Position numbers and translations under genes: made by a program | The notes under the pieces: generated by a model | What the model saw: only the letters and a program-made list of their open reading frames with translations | Told to the model about the DNA's origin: nothing | The model's database searches: none | In this document: positions 1-9,494 of the stretch, piece by piece | Layout of the letters: every line of letters begins with the position of its first letter | Numbering within the stretch: position 1 is the first letter of the stretch | DNA from: Gammaproteobacteria bacterium | GTDB taxonomy: Bacteria > Pseudomonadota > Gammaproteobacteria > Eutrophobiales > Eutrophobiaceae | Length of the DNA stretch: 64,000 nt | Direction: 5' to 3' | NCBI GenBank assembly: GCA_965221695.1 | Contig: OZ244905.1 | Coordinates: 2,048,001-2,112,000 of the forward strand

Positions 1-392
1 TATTGCCATGAGAACTCCGCGCGTAACCAGGACTGTAATGGCCCGGCCACATCCAGCATCCCTGTATAGGTATAGGCGACGATGTACGCGGGCATGGCCA
101 GCGGCATCAGCAATGCCCATTCCAACTGGCGGCTGCCGGGAAACCTGTACAGGGTTACCAGCCAGGCCGGGATAACACCCAGCGGTAGAGACAGGCAGCC
201 CACACCGAGCGCCAGCAACAGGGAATTGCTGATGTACTCGGCAAGAACCGTCTCGTGCAGGTGCTGCCATATATCGCCGCTGGACTGGAAAACCGATACC
301 GCCACTACGACCACCGGCAGCATCAGAACTCCGGATGCCAACAAGGTCAGGACGACCCAGGGAGGATAAAGCCTTAACCTGTCAGCCAGCAT
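1..392 (-). CDS. Fe(III) ABC transporter permease (FbpB/FutB family), N-terminal part; runs off window
   Basis: Manual translation from ATG 392: MLADRLRL...IWQHLHETVLAEYISNSLLLALGV...AWLVTLYRFPG...PLAMPAYIVAYTY; lies directly downstream of the binding protein. Confidence 0.9.
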   Translation of the reverse strand, partial: MLADRLRLYPPWVVLTLLASGVLMLPVVVVAVSVFQSSGDIWQHLHETVLAEYISNSLLLALGVGCLSLPLGVIPAWLVTLYRFPGSRQLEWALLMPLAMPAYIVAYTYTGMLDVAGPLQSWLRAEFSWQ

Positions 393-416
393 AGACGCGC
401 CGAGCCGGCTTTTCAG

Positions 417-1436
417 CTACTTCCAGCCGGCCCGGTCCATCGCGCGCACGGCTTCCTGGTTTTTTTCTCCCAATACCGCCAGGTTCAGGCTGTCCGCTGT
501 GAATGAACCCCACGACTGCAGGATGCTCCCCCCCGCAACGCCTTCCCTCACCGGAAATTCATGGTTCGTCTTTCCATACCACTCCTGGGCCGGGACGCTG
601 ACCAGGTATTCAAGCAGGCGGACGGCGTCCTCCTCGTGTCTTGCAGACCTGGTAACCCCGGCGCCACTGACATTGACATGCGCGCCGCGCCCATCCCCCT
701 GTCCAGTCTGGTTCGGCCAGAACAGCGCAACCTGGTTTGCCGCGGTCACTTCAGCGCCGATATCCGAACTTAGCATTCCTGCCAGATAGTAGGTGTTGAC
801 CAACGCCAGGTTGCATTGCCCTGCAGCCACCGCCTTGATCTGGTCCCGGTCTCCGCCTTTCGGATCCCTGGCAAAATTGGTTACCAAACCATTGATCCAT
901 GCCTCCGTCTGCTCTCTCCCGTGGTGGGCAAGCATAGAAGCCACCAGGGACTGGTTGTAGATGTTGGACGAGGAGCGCACACAAAGCTGGTTATGCCAGA
1001 CCGGGTCGGCTAAGGCCTCGTAACTGGAAAGCCGGTCCGGCTTGAGGTTCGAGATGGAATACACTATTACTCGCGCCCTGATTGACAAGCCATACCAGTA
1101 CCCCTGAGGGTCGCGGTAGGTTTCCGGCACAGTCTCATTGAGCGTGACGGATGAGATTGTCTGTAACAGCCCCTGATCTTTCGCCCGAAATAACCGCCCC
1201 GCATCCACGGTCAACAACAGGTCAGCCGGCGATTTTTCACCCTCCAGTTCCAAGCGCTTGATCAACGCATCCGCCTTGCCGGTCACCAGGTTGACCCGAA
1301 TGCCCGTTTGTTTCGTAAATTCATCGAATAACGGTTTGATCAATGCCTCCTTGCGGCCGGAGTAGACATTGACTTCATCTGCCAGCCCTGTTTGTAACGC
1401 CAGGACCAGGGAAAATAAAACGGATATGTATTTCAT
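417..1436 (-). CDS. Fe(III) ABC transporter periplasmic binding protein (FutA/FbpA family)
   Basis: Signal peptide from MKYISV; VNVYSGR, SPADLLLTVDAGRL, RSSSNIYNQSL, NTYY iron-ligand tyrosines. Confidence 0.93.
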   Translation of the reverse strand: MKYISVLFSLVLALQTGLADEVNVYSGRKEALIKPLFDEFTKQTGIRVNLVTGKADALIKRLELEGEKSPADLLLTVDAGRLFRAKDQGLLQTISSVTLNETVPETYRDPQGYWYGLSIRARVIVYSISNLKPDRLSSYEALADPVWHNQLCVRSSSNIYNQSLVASMLAHHGREQTEAWINGLVTNFARDPKGGDRDQIKAVAAGQCNLALVNTYYLAGMLSSDIGAEVTAANQVALFWPNQTGQGDGRGAHVNVSGAGVTRSARHEEDAVRLLEYLVSVPAQEWYGKTNHEFPVREGVAGGSILQSWGSFTADSLNLAVLGEKNQEAVRAMDRAGWK

Positions 1437-1571
1437 ATTGCCCCTTTTTGTATAGGAAACCTCATGATCAGGACGCTGCATAATGCATGTAACTGTTGGA
1501 ACAGGGCAGGGCATTTTCCATACCACTTCCGCAACAGCGGGGGTCCAGTCAGATTCTGTGTCGCTTGAAAG

Positions 1572-1612
1572 CCTGCCCCCGTGAAAACGGGGGTTTTCAC
1601 GGGAATGGTACA
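1572..1612. repeat. Degenerate REP-like palindrome
   Basis: CCCCCGTGAAAACGGGGG hairpin overlapping TTTTCACGGGAATGG, resembling the repeat family at 19.8/24.2/46.4 kb. Confidence 0.45.
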
Positions 1613-1761
1613 GGGCACAGGTCAGTTAGTAAACCTTACACAGCATATAAGGATCGCGCCGGAATATACCAGCGCTTATTCAATCTGATATCGTGTGTCA
1701 GAGATCATCGTTCCCACAACATCTGGAATCGAGCCGGCAATAAATGGGTGTGAAACGCGAG

Positions 1762-4068
1762 TTAAAATGTAACCCGCAACCCCCCTGATAGGGTTCGACC
1801 CTTGTTTGGCCGAGCGCCGTAAGGATGCCGGCCCAGAATAGCTTCCTCACCTGTCACGTTTTCGATTCGACCGAACAAGGTGACTTTGTCATTGAACAGA
1901 TAACGTCCGGCGATATCGACATTCAGCGAGTTGTCGGTGCGTTCAAACTCACCGCAGGCTGCGCGCGCGCATACTTCGTCCACGTAATCGATGCTCAAAT
2001 ACGCGTTCCAGCGCGTTTGTTCGATGCCGGCCGATATACGCAACTGATGTTCCGGAATATAAGGGATCGGGTCGCCCTTGTTCACATCGCCGAAATAATC
2101 CGTGTCCGCGATATCCGAATCAAATTCTGAATCAATGTAAGTATAAACCAGCGAGAGAGGCGCGCTGAATGTCTGTTTTGGGGTCAGGTTCACTTGCAAC
2201 ATCGCTTCCACGCCGGCGACCGTTGCCGCGTCGCCGTTAAAGGCATCGCCCGTCGTGCAGTCAACGCCGGAGGAAGAGGTGCATTCACCAAGAATATTGT
2301 CGTAATCGCTAAGGAACCCGATCACTTCGGCATGGAGGCCGTTGCTGGCATGGCGGAACCCAAGTTCATAATTGATTGCCTTTTCCTCTTTCACGTCCGG
2401 CGAATTACTGGGCGCGGTGAAACCCTTGTGGACGCCCGCCAACAACGACAAATTGTCGCTCATGCGGTACAGAATGCCAAGACCAGGGAGCCAGACCTTG
2501 GTACTGTTGTTGCGGCTGTCCCGGAACTTATTGCGGGCGCCGGCCTGTTCGCCCCGGTCGTTCCAGCGGGTGCGTTTCTGATCGATATCCTCATAACGCA
2601 GACCCGGACTGACCACCCAATTGCCCCACTCGATGTGATCGTAGACATGAATAGAGACCGCCTCAGCCTTCTGCACACGGTTGCCGGCATTGCCGAGCAA
2701 GCCCAGGTCGTCCAGGATCAGCCTGCCGTTTTCCTGGTGATAGCTGCTGTTGCGTTGTAGACGGTCTTCTTCGTCCTCGTGGTAGCGGATTCCGAACTCC
2801 AGGTTATGGCGTGACGCGCCGATATCTCCGTTCCAGTTGAGAACGAACTGCGCGCCGCGGGAATAGTATTCACGGGCGTTGGACCGGAGCTGGATGCTAC
2901 CGGGCGCGGTATCAACCGTTCCATTCAGGATGTCTTGCAGTTCCTGCGGGCTAAGCCCGCCCAGCGAACTTCCCTCATTGATTGCCCGAATGACATTGAA
3001 CCAGCTAGTCCGGCTGAGTTCTTGAGCATTTGCGCTGCCGTCCGCATCCAGTCCCTCCGTTTTGAACCAGTTGCGCTCGTGTTCATTGTTGTATCCCGTC
3101 AGCGCGACATTCAGATTGTCTGTAAGTTCAAGCTTATAGCGCAATATGTACTGGAAGTGCTCGGTGGCAATATTATCAAGTTCTGACACACCGTAACGGC
3201 GGTAGGCATCCTGCTCAAAATCAGCGTCGGTCAATCCCAGGTAGCTCTGCTCCGAATCCTGGTCCGCATATTGAAACTTGAAATCCAGTTGCTGGCGGGA
3301 ATCGGGCGAAGCATAACGCAGTTTCAGTGTATAATCCTCCAGCCTGATTCCGGTGTCGCCGCTGTTATTATCCAGACGCTGGAAACCATCTGCGCCCCAT
3401 TGATGGGTTTCAACCAGGAATCCAAGACCTTTTCCAAGTTCACCCCCGTAATGGGCATGGACGCGGTAGGTCGCATCCTCACCGCCCTCTGCCATGACCA
3501 TTCCTTGCAGCTCTTCAGGAATTGGCGTCGAGATCATATTCAGCGCGCCGCCGATGGTATAAGGTCCCTGGGTAATGGCAGCCGGACCTTTCAACACCTC
3601 GAAGGCATACATGCGGCCTGCGGTAGGAAAGTAATAGGCGGACGGCGCAGAATAAGGAGCCGGAGCAATCAGCACATTGTCTTCGAGGAGAGTAACACGA
3701 CCGCTACGCTCGGTGGCAACGCCGCGGATACTGATATTGGGACGTAGTCCGTAACCGTCTTCCACCTGTATTGACACACCCGGTGTCTCGCGCCCTATAC
3801 GCTGTATATCGGAATAGGAAAATTTCTCCAGTTCCTCCTTGCCGATATAGTGGGCCGACCCGGCGACTCGCCGGGCATCTGTCTGGCTGCCGACAACGGT
3901 CATCTCTTCATCGATATCGTATTGTTCAGCGAGCGCCTGGTAGCAGGAAACAGTCAGCGCCAGTCCCGCGCAAACGACTTTTGCGGTCTGACGTCGAAGC
4001 GTGACATGCAATGTGCTGTTTTGATAACGTTCGCGCCAACAGGATATCATTGAAAAAAATTCTCTCAT
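1762..4068 (-). CDS. TonB-dependent receptor, FecA-like (Fe3+-dicitrate type)
   Basis: Plug motifs EDGYGLRPNISIRG, APYSAPSAYYFP, EVLKGP; barrel ending in C-terminal F; Fur box upstream; exact start uncertain. Confidence 0.9.
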   Translation of the reverse strand: MREFFSMISCWRERYQNSTLHVTLRRQTAKVVCAGLALTVSCYQALAEQYDIDEEMTVVGSQTDARRVAGSAHYIGKEELEKFSYSDIQRIGRETPGVSIQVEDGYGLRPNISIRGVATERSGRVTLLEDNVLIAPAPYSAPSAYYFPTAGRMYAFEVLKGPAAITQGPYTIGGALNMISTPIPEELQGMVMAEGGEDATYRVHAHYGGELGKGLGFLVETHQWGADGFQRLDNNSGDTGIRLEDYTLKLRYASPDSRQQLDFKFQYADQDSEQSYLGLTDADFEQDAYRRYGVSELDNIATEHFQYILRYKLELTDNLNVALTGYNNEHERNWFKTEGLDADGSANAQELSRTSWFNVIRAINEGSSLGGLSPQELQDILNGTVDTAPGSIQLRSNAREYYSRGAQFVLNWNGDIGASRHNLEFGIRYHEDEEDRLQRNSSYHQENGRLILDDLGLLGNAGNRVQKAEAVSIHVYDHIEWGNWVVSPGLRYEDIDQKRTRWNDRGEQAGARNKFRDSRNNSTKVWLPGLGILYRMSDNLSLLAGVHKGFTAPSNSPDVKEEKAINYELGFRHASNGLHAEVIGFLSDYDNILGECTSSSGVDCTTGDAFNGDAATVAGVEAMLQVNLTPKQTFSAPLSLVYTYIDSEFDSDIADTDYFGDVNKGDPIPYIPEHQLRISAGIEQTRWNAYLSIDYVDEVCARAACGEFERTDNSLNVDIAGRYLFNDKVTLFGRIENVTGEEAILGRHPYGARPNKGRTLSGGLRVTF

Positions 4069-4090
4069 AACATCTACCTTGGTATTTTAA

Positions 4091-4178
4091 TTAAGCTCTG
4101 AACGTGTCTTTCCAGTACCAGTCAGAGCGATACATGCCTGTGTCATGGAAACCCATCGCTTAATCAGAGGCTCCTTAA
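4091..4178. mobile_element. Degenerate MITE, family A (GGAA(G/C)CTCTGA...TCAGAG(G/C)TTCC ends)
   Basis: AAGCTCTGAAC at 4093 and TCAGAGGCTCCTTAA at 4164-4178 match copies at 34081 and 59837. Confidence 0.55.
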
Positions 4179-4245
4179 TTCAGTCGGCCAGCGACTCCAT
4201 TGTTGTAACCGAAGCAAATTTTAACTAAACACGAGACTTGTTGCA

Positions 4246-4264
4246 AATAATAACCATTCTCATT
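4246..4264. promoter_or_regulatory. Fur box upstream of TonB receptor
   Basis: AATAATAACCATTCTCATT vs AATGA(T/G)AATNATT(A/C)TCATT. Confidence 0.75.
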
Positions 4265-4388
4265 TGTAATTGCAATAGCGCTAACATATTAACAAAGAAC
4301 GCGGGGCACCAGCGATTATTCTGCGTTGGTTATTCTTAGGATGGTTGCGCTTCGTTGCGAGCGCAAGGTTGGTCGAACCGAAGTGTGG

Positions 4389-4589
4389 CTATTCTACGGT
4401 GGCGGTTCTGAGACAGGAAGAAGCAGCCATGAAAGCCTCTGCCAGACAATCTTGTATACAGTCGTCACAACTCCCGCAGATGCGCTCTGCATCCAGTCTT
4501 TGCCTTAGCTGCCCGGTGGTGCGGGCGCCTTCATCAATGGCCTGCTGGATTTGTCGTTTTGTTACCGCGTTACATACACATACATACAT
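4389..4589 (-). CDS. bfd: Bacterioferritin-associated ferredoxin
   Basis: MYVCVCNAVT...ICGSC; 66 aa from ATG 4589 with GGAG RBS. Confidence 0.92.
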   Translation of the reverse strand: MYVCVCNAVTKRQIQQAIDEGARTTGQLRQRLDAERICGSCDDCIQDCLAEAFMAASSCLRTATVE

Positions 4590-4640
4590 CTGGTTATGTT
4601 CTCCAACTGAAGATTGGTATGTAACACGAATAATAGGACA

Positions 4641-4659
4641 AATGAGAATCATTTGCAAC
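4641..4659. promoter_or_regulatory. Fur box upstream of bfd
   Basis: AATGAGAATCATTTGCAAC; bfd is a classical Fur target. Confidence 0.75.
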
Positions 4660-4756
4660 ATATATTTTTTGTTCCCCCTGGACTAAGGCAGGAAGCCTCA
4701 GAAAAAAGGTTGGCGTCTTAGCGTATCGCGCCTCTGACCTGTAGCACCGTTTGACC

Positions 4757-5221
4757 TCACATCTTGGATTGTTGGTAATTCTCAAGACCGACTTTTTCTA
4801 TCAGCCCCAGTTGCGTTTCCAGCCAATCCACATGTTCTTCCTCGTTGTCCAGAATATCCTCCAAGAGTTCGCGGGTAACGAAATCCCGTTCGGATTCGCA
4901 ATGGACTATGGCCTCGCGCAACATCGGGATGGCAAGGTGTTCCTGTTTCAGGTCGCATTCCAGCATGTCCCGGGTGTTCTCGCCTATAAACAGCTTGCCC
5001 AGGTCCTGCAAATTCGGCAGCCCTTCCAGAAACAGAATCCGTTCGATGAGCTTATCGGCATGTTTCATCTCATCCACGGATTCATGGTATTCATGTTCAT
5101 CCAATTCTTTCAGGCCCCAGTCCTTCCACATACGGGCATGCAGGAAGTACTGGTTGATCGCCGTCAATTCGTTCTTGAGTATTTTGTTGAGGTACTCAAT
5201 TATTTTCTTGTCGCCTTGCAT
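4757..5221 (-). CDS. bfr: Bacterioferritin
   Basis: [25 protein letters not shown] (heme Met), [11 protein letters not shown]. Confidence 0.97.
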   Translation of the reverse strand: MQGDKKIIEYLNKILKNELTAINQYFLHARMWKDWGLKELDEHEYHESVDEMKHADKLIERILFLEGLPNLQDLGKLFIGENTRDMLECDLKQEHLAIPMLREAIVHCESERDFVTRELLEDILDNEEEHVDWLETQLGLIEKVGLENYQQSKM

Positions 5222-5338
5222 AACTAACCTCTAAAATTAAAATGAAATTAAGGTTTCCATAATTCAGATGTTCTGACGGCTGTCCGAATAACGGAAACCA
5301 ATATGAATCGTAATGCAGCAAAACAGGTGTGTCAAGTA

Positions 5339-5373
5339 TAACTTATTGATATTAAATGAAAATCGTTATTATT
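5339..5373. promoter_or_regulatory. IHF-like site plus Fur-like box between divergent bfr and ORF 5440
   Basis: TAACTTATTGATA (5339-5351) fits YAANNNNTTGATW; AATGAAAATCGTTATTATT (5355-5373) is 16/19 to AATGATAATCATTATCATT. Confidence 0.6.
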
Positions 5374-5439
5374 TATACTTGCGAGAACTTATTTGTGATT
5401 GCTTTATATGCATGATCTGCCGACCCTCACCGAAGTAAC

Positions 5440-6996
5440 ATGAATACCGATCCAGCGCGCCCAGAAATCTCCTGGTTTTGTGTCAGGCGCAACGGCGCGG
5501 CAAAACACTACGGTTGGACCGAAAACGTTTCTCCGTACCAACTACTGAAGCAAAGCCGAGCGCGCAAGGGAGATGTCGTCGAAATATGTATCTGCTCTGA
5601 CTTCCGCCCTGTTACACAGGATCGATTTGCGCGGGTTTTTTCTCAGCGCGCGCGCGGTCTGATAGGGATGGAAATTCATTTCCGTGGTGATATAGCTCGA
5701 TTTGCGCCTACTTGGATACTCTCACACAACATTCGTTTCAAGCGTGCGCTGGACGGGTTTCTTGAGAGACGGGGTATCAATGCCAGTGATTTTGCGGCAG
5801 AAGGAAGCCTGCGCGCTTTTTCCGCCCGGCAATTCTTGTTTCCGGCTAACGGGGAGGCGGATGAAATGGAATTATATCGCGGCGCAACTCTGGTAGCGCC
5901 GACGCCGGCGTCAGATGAGAATCGCGCCGCTGACCTTGCCGATGGCATTGGCAAATGGATGATCAGCAACCTGTCTCCCAGCGGCGCGTTGCCCTACAAA
6001 TATTGGCCAAGTCGCGGTGAAGAATCTCCAGCCGACAATGCCATACGCCGGTTTCTGGCGACTCTGTCTCTTTCGCGCCTGGCGCGCTTGCGTGGAAATA
6101 AGGAAATGCTAGATGCTGCCAGCCTTAATCTTCGTTTCAACCTCAAACGTTATTTTCAGGACATCGGCAACGGCCGGGGCGCCATCGTGGAAAATGCCGG
6201 CGCTAAACTTGGCGCCGCGGCTATCGCTGCCTTGGCTATTCTGGAAAACCCGAACCAGGGGCAGCACCTATCAGAGTTGTCAATGCTGGCAGCCGGCATT
6301 AATTCTCTGTTTGATAAGGAACAAGGTTTTCGCACATTCTTTTTTCCCCCGGAGCGGGATGGTGAAAACTGGAACTTTTATTCAGGCGAGGCGCTGTTGT
6401 TCTGGGCTGAGGCAAGACGCAGGAAAACCGACCTCGCCCCGCCTTTGAAACGCTGTGTTGAAGTCTTCTCACGTTGTCGCGACCGTCATTATCGCGACCG
6501 CAATCCAGCCTTCGTGCCTTGGCACACGCAAGCATGTGTGTCGTTTTTCAAGCAAACCGGGCAGCGCGAGTTCGCCGATTTCGTATTTGAAATCAACGAC
6601 TGGTTATTACCGATGCAACAATGGGAGGGATTGGAGCCAGACCTGCGCGGCCGGTTTTACAACCCGCGGCAACCGGAATACGGTCCCCCTCATGCGGCAT
6701 CCACCGGCGCTTACCTGGAGGGTCTGGCAGACGCGCTGGCGCTGGCCCGCGCGCTCGGGGAATCAGCCCGGATAAGCGCCTACGAGCGCGTTATCCGGCG
6801 CGGATTACGATCCTTGCGGCAATTGCAGTTTCGCGACCAGCATGACACGTTTTATATCTCAAAAAAGAAGGCCGTGCTGGGCGCGCTGCGCACTGAAGTT
6901 TACGACAACGCGATACGCGTCGACTCGTCCGCCCATGCGCTGGCGGCTGCGATCAAAATATTGCAGCCTGATAAAATTAAGGAACCTCTGACTTAA
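5440..6996 (+). CDS. Uncharacterised protein, probable (alpha/alpha)-barrel enzyme (family often annotated as AMMECR1-domain associated)
   Basis: 518 aa ORF; motifs YKYWPS..DNAIRR, KLGAAA, NFYSGEALL, FVPWHTQA, STGAYLEGL, IRVDSSAH recalled from such proteins. Confidence 0.6.
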   Translation: MNTDPARPEISWFCVRRNGAAKHYGWTENVSPYQLLKQSRARKGDVVEICICSDFRPVTQDRFARVFSQRARGLIGMEIHFRGDIARFAPTWILSHNIRFKRALDGFLERRGINASDFAAEGSLRAFSARQFLFPANGEADEMELYRGATLVAPTPASDENRAADLADGIGKWMISNLSPSGALPYKYWPSRGEESPADNAIRRFLATLSLSRLARLRGNKEMLDAASLNLRFNLKRYFQDIGNGRGAIVENAGAKLGAAAIAALAILENPNQGQHLSELSMLAAGINSLFDKEQGFRTFFFPPERDGENWNFYSGEALLFWAEARRRKTDLAPPLKRCVEVFSRCRDRHYRDRNPAFVPWHTQACVSFFKQTGQREFADFVFEINDWLLPMQQWEGLEPDLRGRFYNPRQPEYGPPHAASTGAYLEGLADALALARALGESARISAYERVIRRGLRSLRQLQFRDQHDTFYISKKKAVLGALRTEVYDNAIRVDSSAHALAAAIKILQPDKIKEPLT

Positions 6997-7011
6997 TTTC
7001 AAGGGTTTCTT
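6978..7011. mobile_element. Minimal family A MITE remnant
   Basis: TAAGGAACCTCTGACTTAATTTCAAGGGTTTC, near-identical to 59891-59919; supplies the stop codon of ORF 5440. Confidence 0.6.
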
Positions 7012-7601
7012 CATACATAGTAACCTCGTCCCGGCATAGGCAATATATCGAAGATCAAATGCACCCGCGCTGTGCCGGAAGGGTTCCTGGCCTGGTGCTC
7101 GGACTTGTTGTCGAATACCCACAATTCGCCTTCTTGCATGACGACAGTTTCGTCCGCACAAGTCAGTGGGCTGCCAGCAAGGCTCTGCAATGTCAGATGG
7201 TAGCGGTCTCGCGCCCGATAATATTCTCCCGCGTCCACATGCGGTCGCACCCAGCCTCCCGGTTGCAGCGCAACCAGCGTTGCCCGACCGAGTTCGCCCC
7301 CCTCAAGATCGGCAATCTGCTCGCAGAACGCAAGTGCATTGGAGAACCTTTTAGCCATCTTAGTGGCAATGCTCTCATGGACATCGTTGGCATTGACAGC
7401 GCCGGCAGGCAAGGGTTTTTTTGCCGTCCGTAAAAAGATGTTTTGCGTGTCCCGTTGGCACCGCACTTTACGCTGACGGCTGGTATCAGCCAACCAGGTT
7501 TCCGGGGCAGCGGCCAGTTCCGATAATAGTGGATTTACATCAATGCCTTTGGCAACCAGGGTAAACCTGGATAACGTTTCGCTCCCTGTTAATTCAGGCA
7601 T
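7011..7601 (-). CDS. Aspartyl/asparaginyl beta-hydroxylase family Fe(II)/2OG dioxygenase
   Basis: HVD..GEYY..RYHL, GELWVFDNKSEHQARN...RVHLIFD (HxD...H triad plus 2OG-binding Arg); start 7601 chosen from AGAGGA RBS, ORF is open to 7730. Confidence 0.85.
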   Translation of the reverse strand: MPELTGSETLSRFTLVAKGIDVNPLLSELAAAPETWLADTSRQRKVRCQRDTQNIFLRTAKKPLPAGAVNANDVHESIATKMAKRFSNALAFCEQIADLEGGELGRATLVALQPGGWVRPHVDAGEYYRARDRYHLTLQSLAGSPLTCADETVVMQEGELWVFDNKSEHQARNPSGTARVHLIFDILPMPGRGYYV

Positions 7602-7707
7602 TGCGTGAGGTCCTCTATGCGCTGCGAAGGGCTGGTTCAGCGGCATTTTTTCTTCTGTGTTCAAGCGAAGAATTGAAACCTTTAAATTTTGCGGACGCGT
7701 AAATTTC

Positions 7708-9387
7708 TCAGAAGATAAAATCCATTGCATCCAAATCAGCGATGTCGAATCCCTCTAATATAATTGCTCCACCATGTGGCGCCGGAAAATGTATTCTGAC
7801 GCCGTCCAAAAGACTTTCCAAGGTAAGTTCGCCGAAATCGGTCAGCTCGAACGCAGAAAGATCGATGCGATCCTCCCCATCTGTAAAGTCGACGATAACA
7901 TCCTCGCCATCTCCGATCCGGAAAAGGAACACATCATCGCCCGGCCCTCCATGAAGCGTGTCATTGCCCTCATCGCCAGCTAGCACATCATCGCCGCTGC
8001 CACCGTGCAAGGTATCATTGCCTGTCCCGCCTTCCTGTGTGTCATCGCCACCACGCGGGCCGCCATACAATATATCATCACCGGCGCCGCCTTTGAGAAT
8101 GTTATTTCGCAGATCGCCAGCCAGTACATCGTTCTCGGGGGAACCGACCAGGTGCATGATATCGGCAAGTTCAATGTCATGCGCCATGCCTGTTTCATCG
8201 GTATAAACAACAGTTATTCTGCTGATAAATTCATCTCCTTCAGCATCGCCATGCCGGGCAGTGAAACTATGCAGGCGCACCATGACACCTGCTGTCGAGT
8301 TTGCATAGGACAAGGTATCCTCACCTTCGCCTCCTGCCAACCGGTCGGCGCCGGCGCCGCCTATCAGCACATCATTGCCTGCGCCACCGTCTAAAGAATC
8401 ATCGCCCGGTCCGCCATAATGCTTGTCATCGCCACTCCCGCCTGACAGCGTATCATTGCCTAATCCGCCATACAGGGTGTCATTGTCTTCCCCGCCTGAG
8501 AGTTGGTCATCACCACCCCTTGGTCCACCATACAGTATGTCGTTGCCGGCGCCGCCCCTGATTATGTTGTCACGCAGGTCACCGGCCAGCACGTCAGCCT
8601 GTCTGGAGCCAACAAGGTGCATGACATAAGGAAGCTGTATCTGTTCTGTCTTGCCGGCTTCATTGATGTATCCGACTGTGATCATTTTGTTAAAGCGGTC
8701 GTCTTCAACATCGTCCTTCCTGACCGGAGATGAATGTAGACGCACAACGACTCCATTTGTCGAGGTTTCATAAGAAGCGCTGTCGTCGCCATCACCATCG
8801 CCATCGCCGTCACCATCACCATCGCCGTCGCCATCGCCGTCACCATCGCCATCGCCATCACCGTCGCCATCGCCGTCGCCGTCACCATCACCGTCGCCGT
8901 CACCATCGCCGTCGCCATCGCCGTCACCATCGCCATCACCGTCACCGTCACCGTCACCATCGCCATCGCCATCGCCATCACCGTCACCGTCACCGTCGCC
9001 ATCGCCGTCGCCATCGCCGTCGCCGTCACCGTCGCCATCGCCGTCGCCATCGCCATCGCCATCGCCGTCGCCGTCGCCATCGCCGTCACCATCACCGTCG
9101 CCGTCGCCATCGCCATCGCCGTCACCATCACCGTCGCCGTCGCCATCGCCATCGCCATCGCCGTCACCGTCGCCATCGCCATCGCCACCTGTTATATCAT
9201 CATCGTCATCATCATCGCTGCTACTGAAAAAGCTGATCCCCCTGTCAGAAAGCGACTCCCCAAAACCATCAAGCGAAATCGCTTGCTCATCATTTATCGG
9301 TGAATTAGAGATGAGAGCAGACATTTCCTGGGAAATATCAAAACCACCAAGTCCAGGATAATCGGCAAGTTCATTGACGTTTTGCAT
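7708..9387 (-). CDS. RTX/hemolysin-type Ca-binding repeat protein with N-terminal D7 + (GD)67 tract; probable T1SS substrate
   Basis: About 13 GGxGxDxLx nonapeptides, duplicated ~100 aa module (SY..ST.GV.VRLHS...HLVGS...DVLAGDLR.N), C-terminal DFIF, no Sec signal. Confidence 0.88.
   Translation of the reverse strand: MQNVNELADYPGLGGFDISQEMSALISNSPINDEQAISLDGFGESLSDRGISFFSSSDDDDDDDITGGDGDGDGDGDGDGDGDGDGDGDGDGDGDGDGDGDGDGDGDGDGDGDGDGDGDGDGDGDGDGDGDGDGDGDGDGDGDGDGDGDGDGDGDGDGDGDGDGDGDGDGDGDGDGDGDGDGDGDGDGDGDGDGDGDGDGDDSASYETSTNGVVVRLHSSPVRKDDVEDDRFNKMITVGYINEAGKTEQIQLPYVMHLVGSRQADVLAGDLRDNIIRGGAGNDILYGGPRGGDDQLSGGEDNDTLYGGLGNDTLSGGSGDDKHYGGPGDDSLDGGAGNDVLIGGAGADRLAGGEGEDTLSYANSTAGVMVRLHSFTARHGDAEGDEFISRITVVYTDETGMAHDIELADIMHLVGSPENDVLAGDLRNNILKGGAGDDILYGGPRGGDDTQEGGTGNDTLHGGSGDDVLAGDEGNDTLHGGPGDDVFLFRIGDGEDVIVDFTDGEDRIDLSAFELTDFGELTLESLLDGVRIHFPAPHGGAIILEGFDIADLDAMDFIF
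8785..9186 (-). repeat. Coding hexamer tandem repeat GG(C/T)GA(C/T) x67
   Basis: 402 bp with variation only at synonymous third positions. Confidence 0.97.
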
Positions 9388-9494
9388 TTGAACCCCTCAT
9401 AATATCGATTGGCATCGGTTTTAACGCCGCTGTTCAGTGTGATGTCGGGCTTCGATTTAGTAACTATAGCAATAAAATCAATGCAAGTCAATCA

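Noticed and set aside
8682-9227. Alternative-frame ORFs rich in MA/TA (minus) and RH (plus)
   Set aside because: Shadows of the GD repeat; variation is synonymous only in the GD frame
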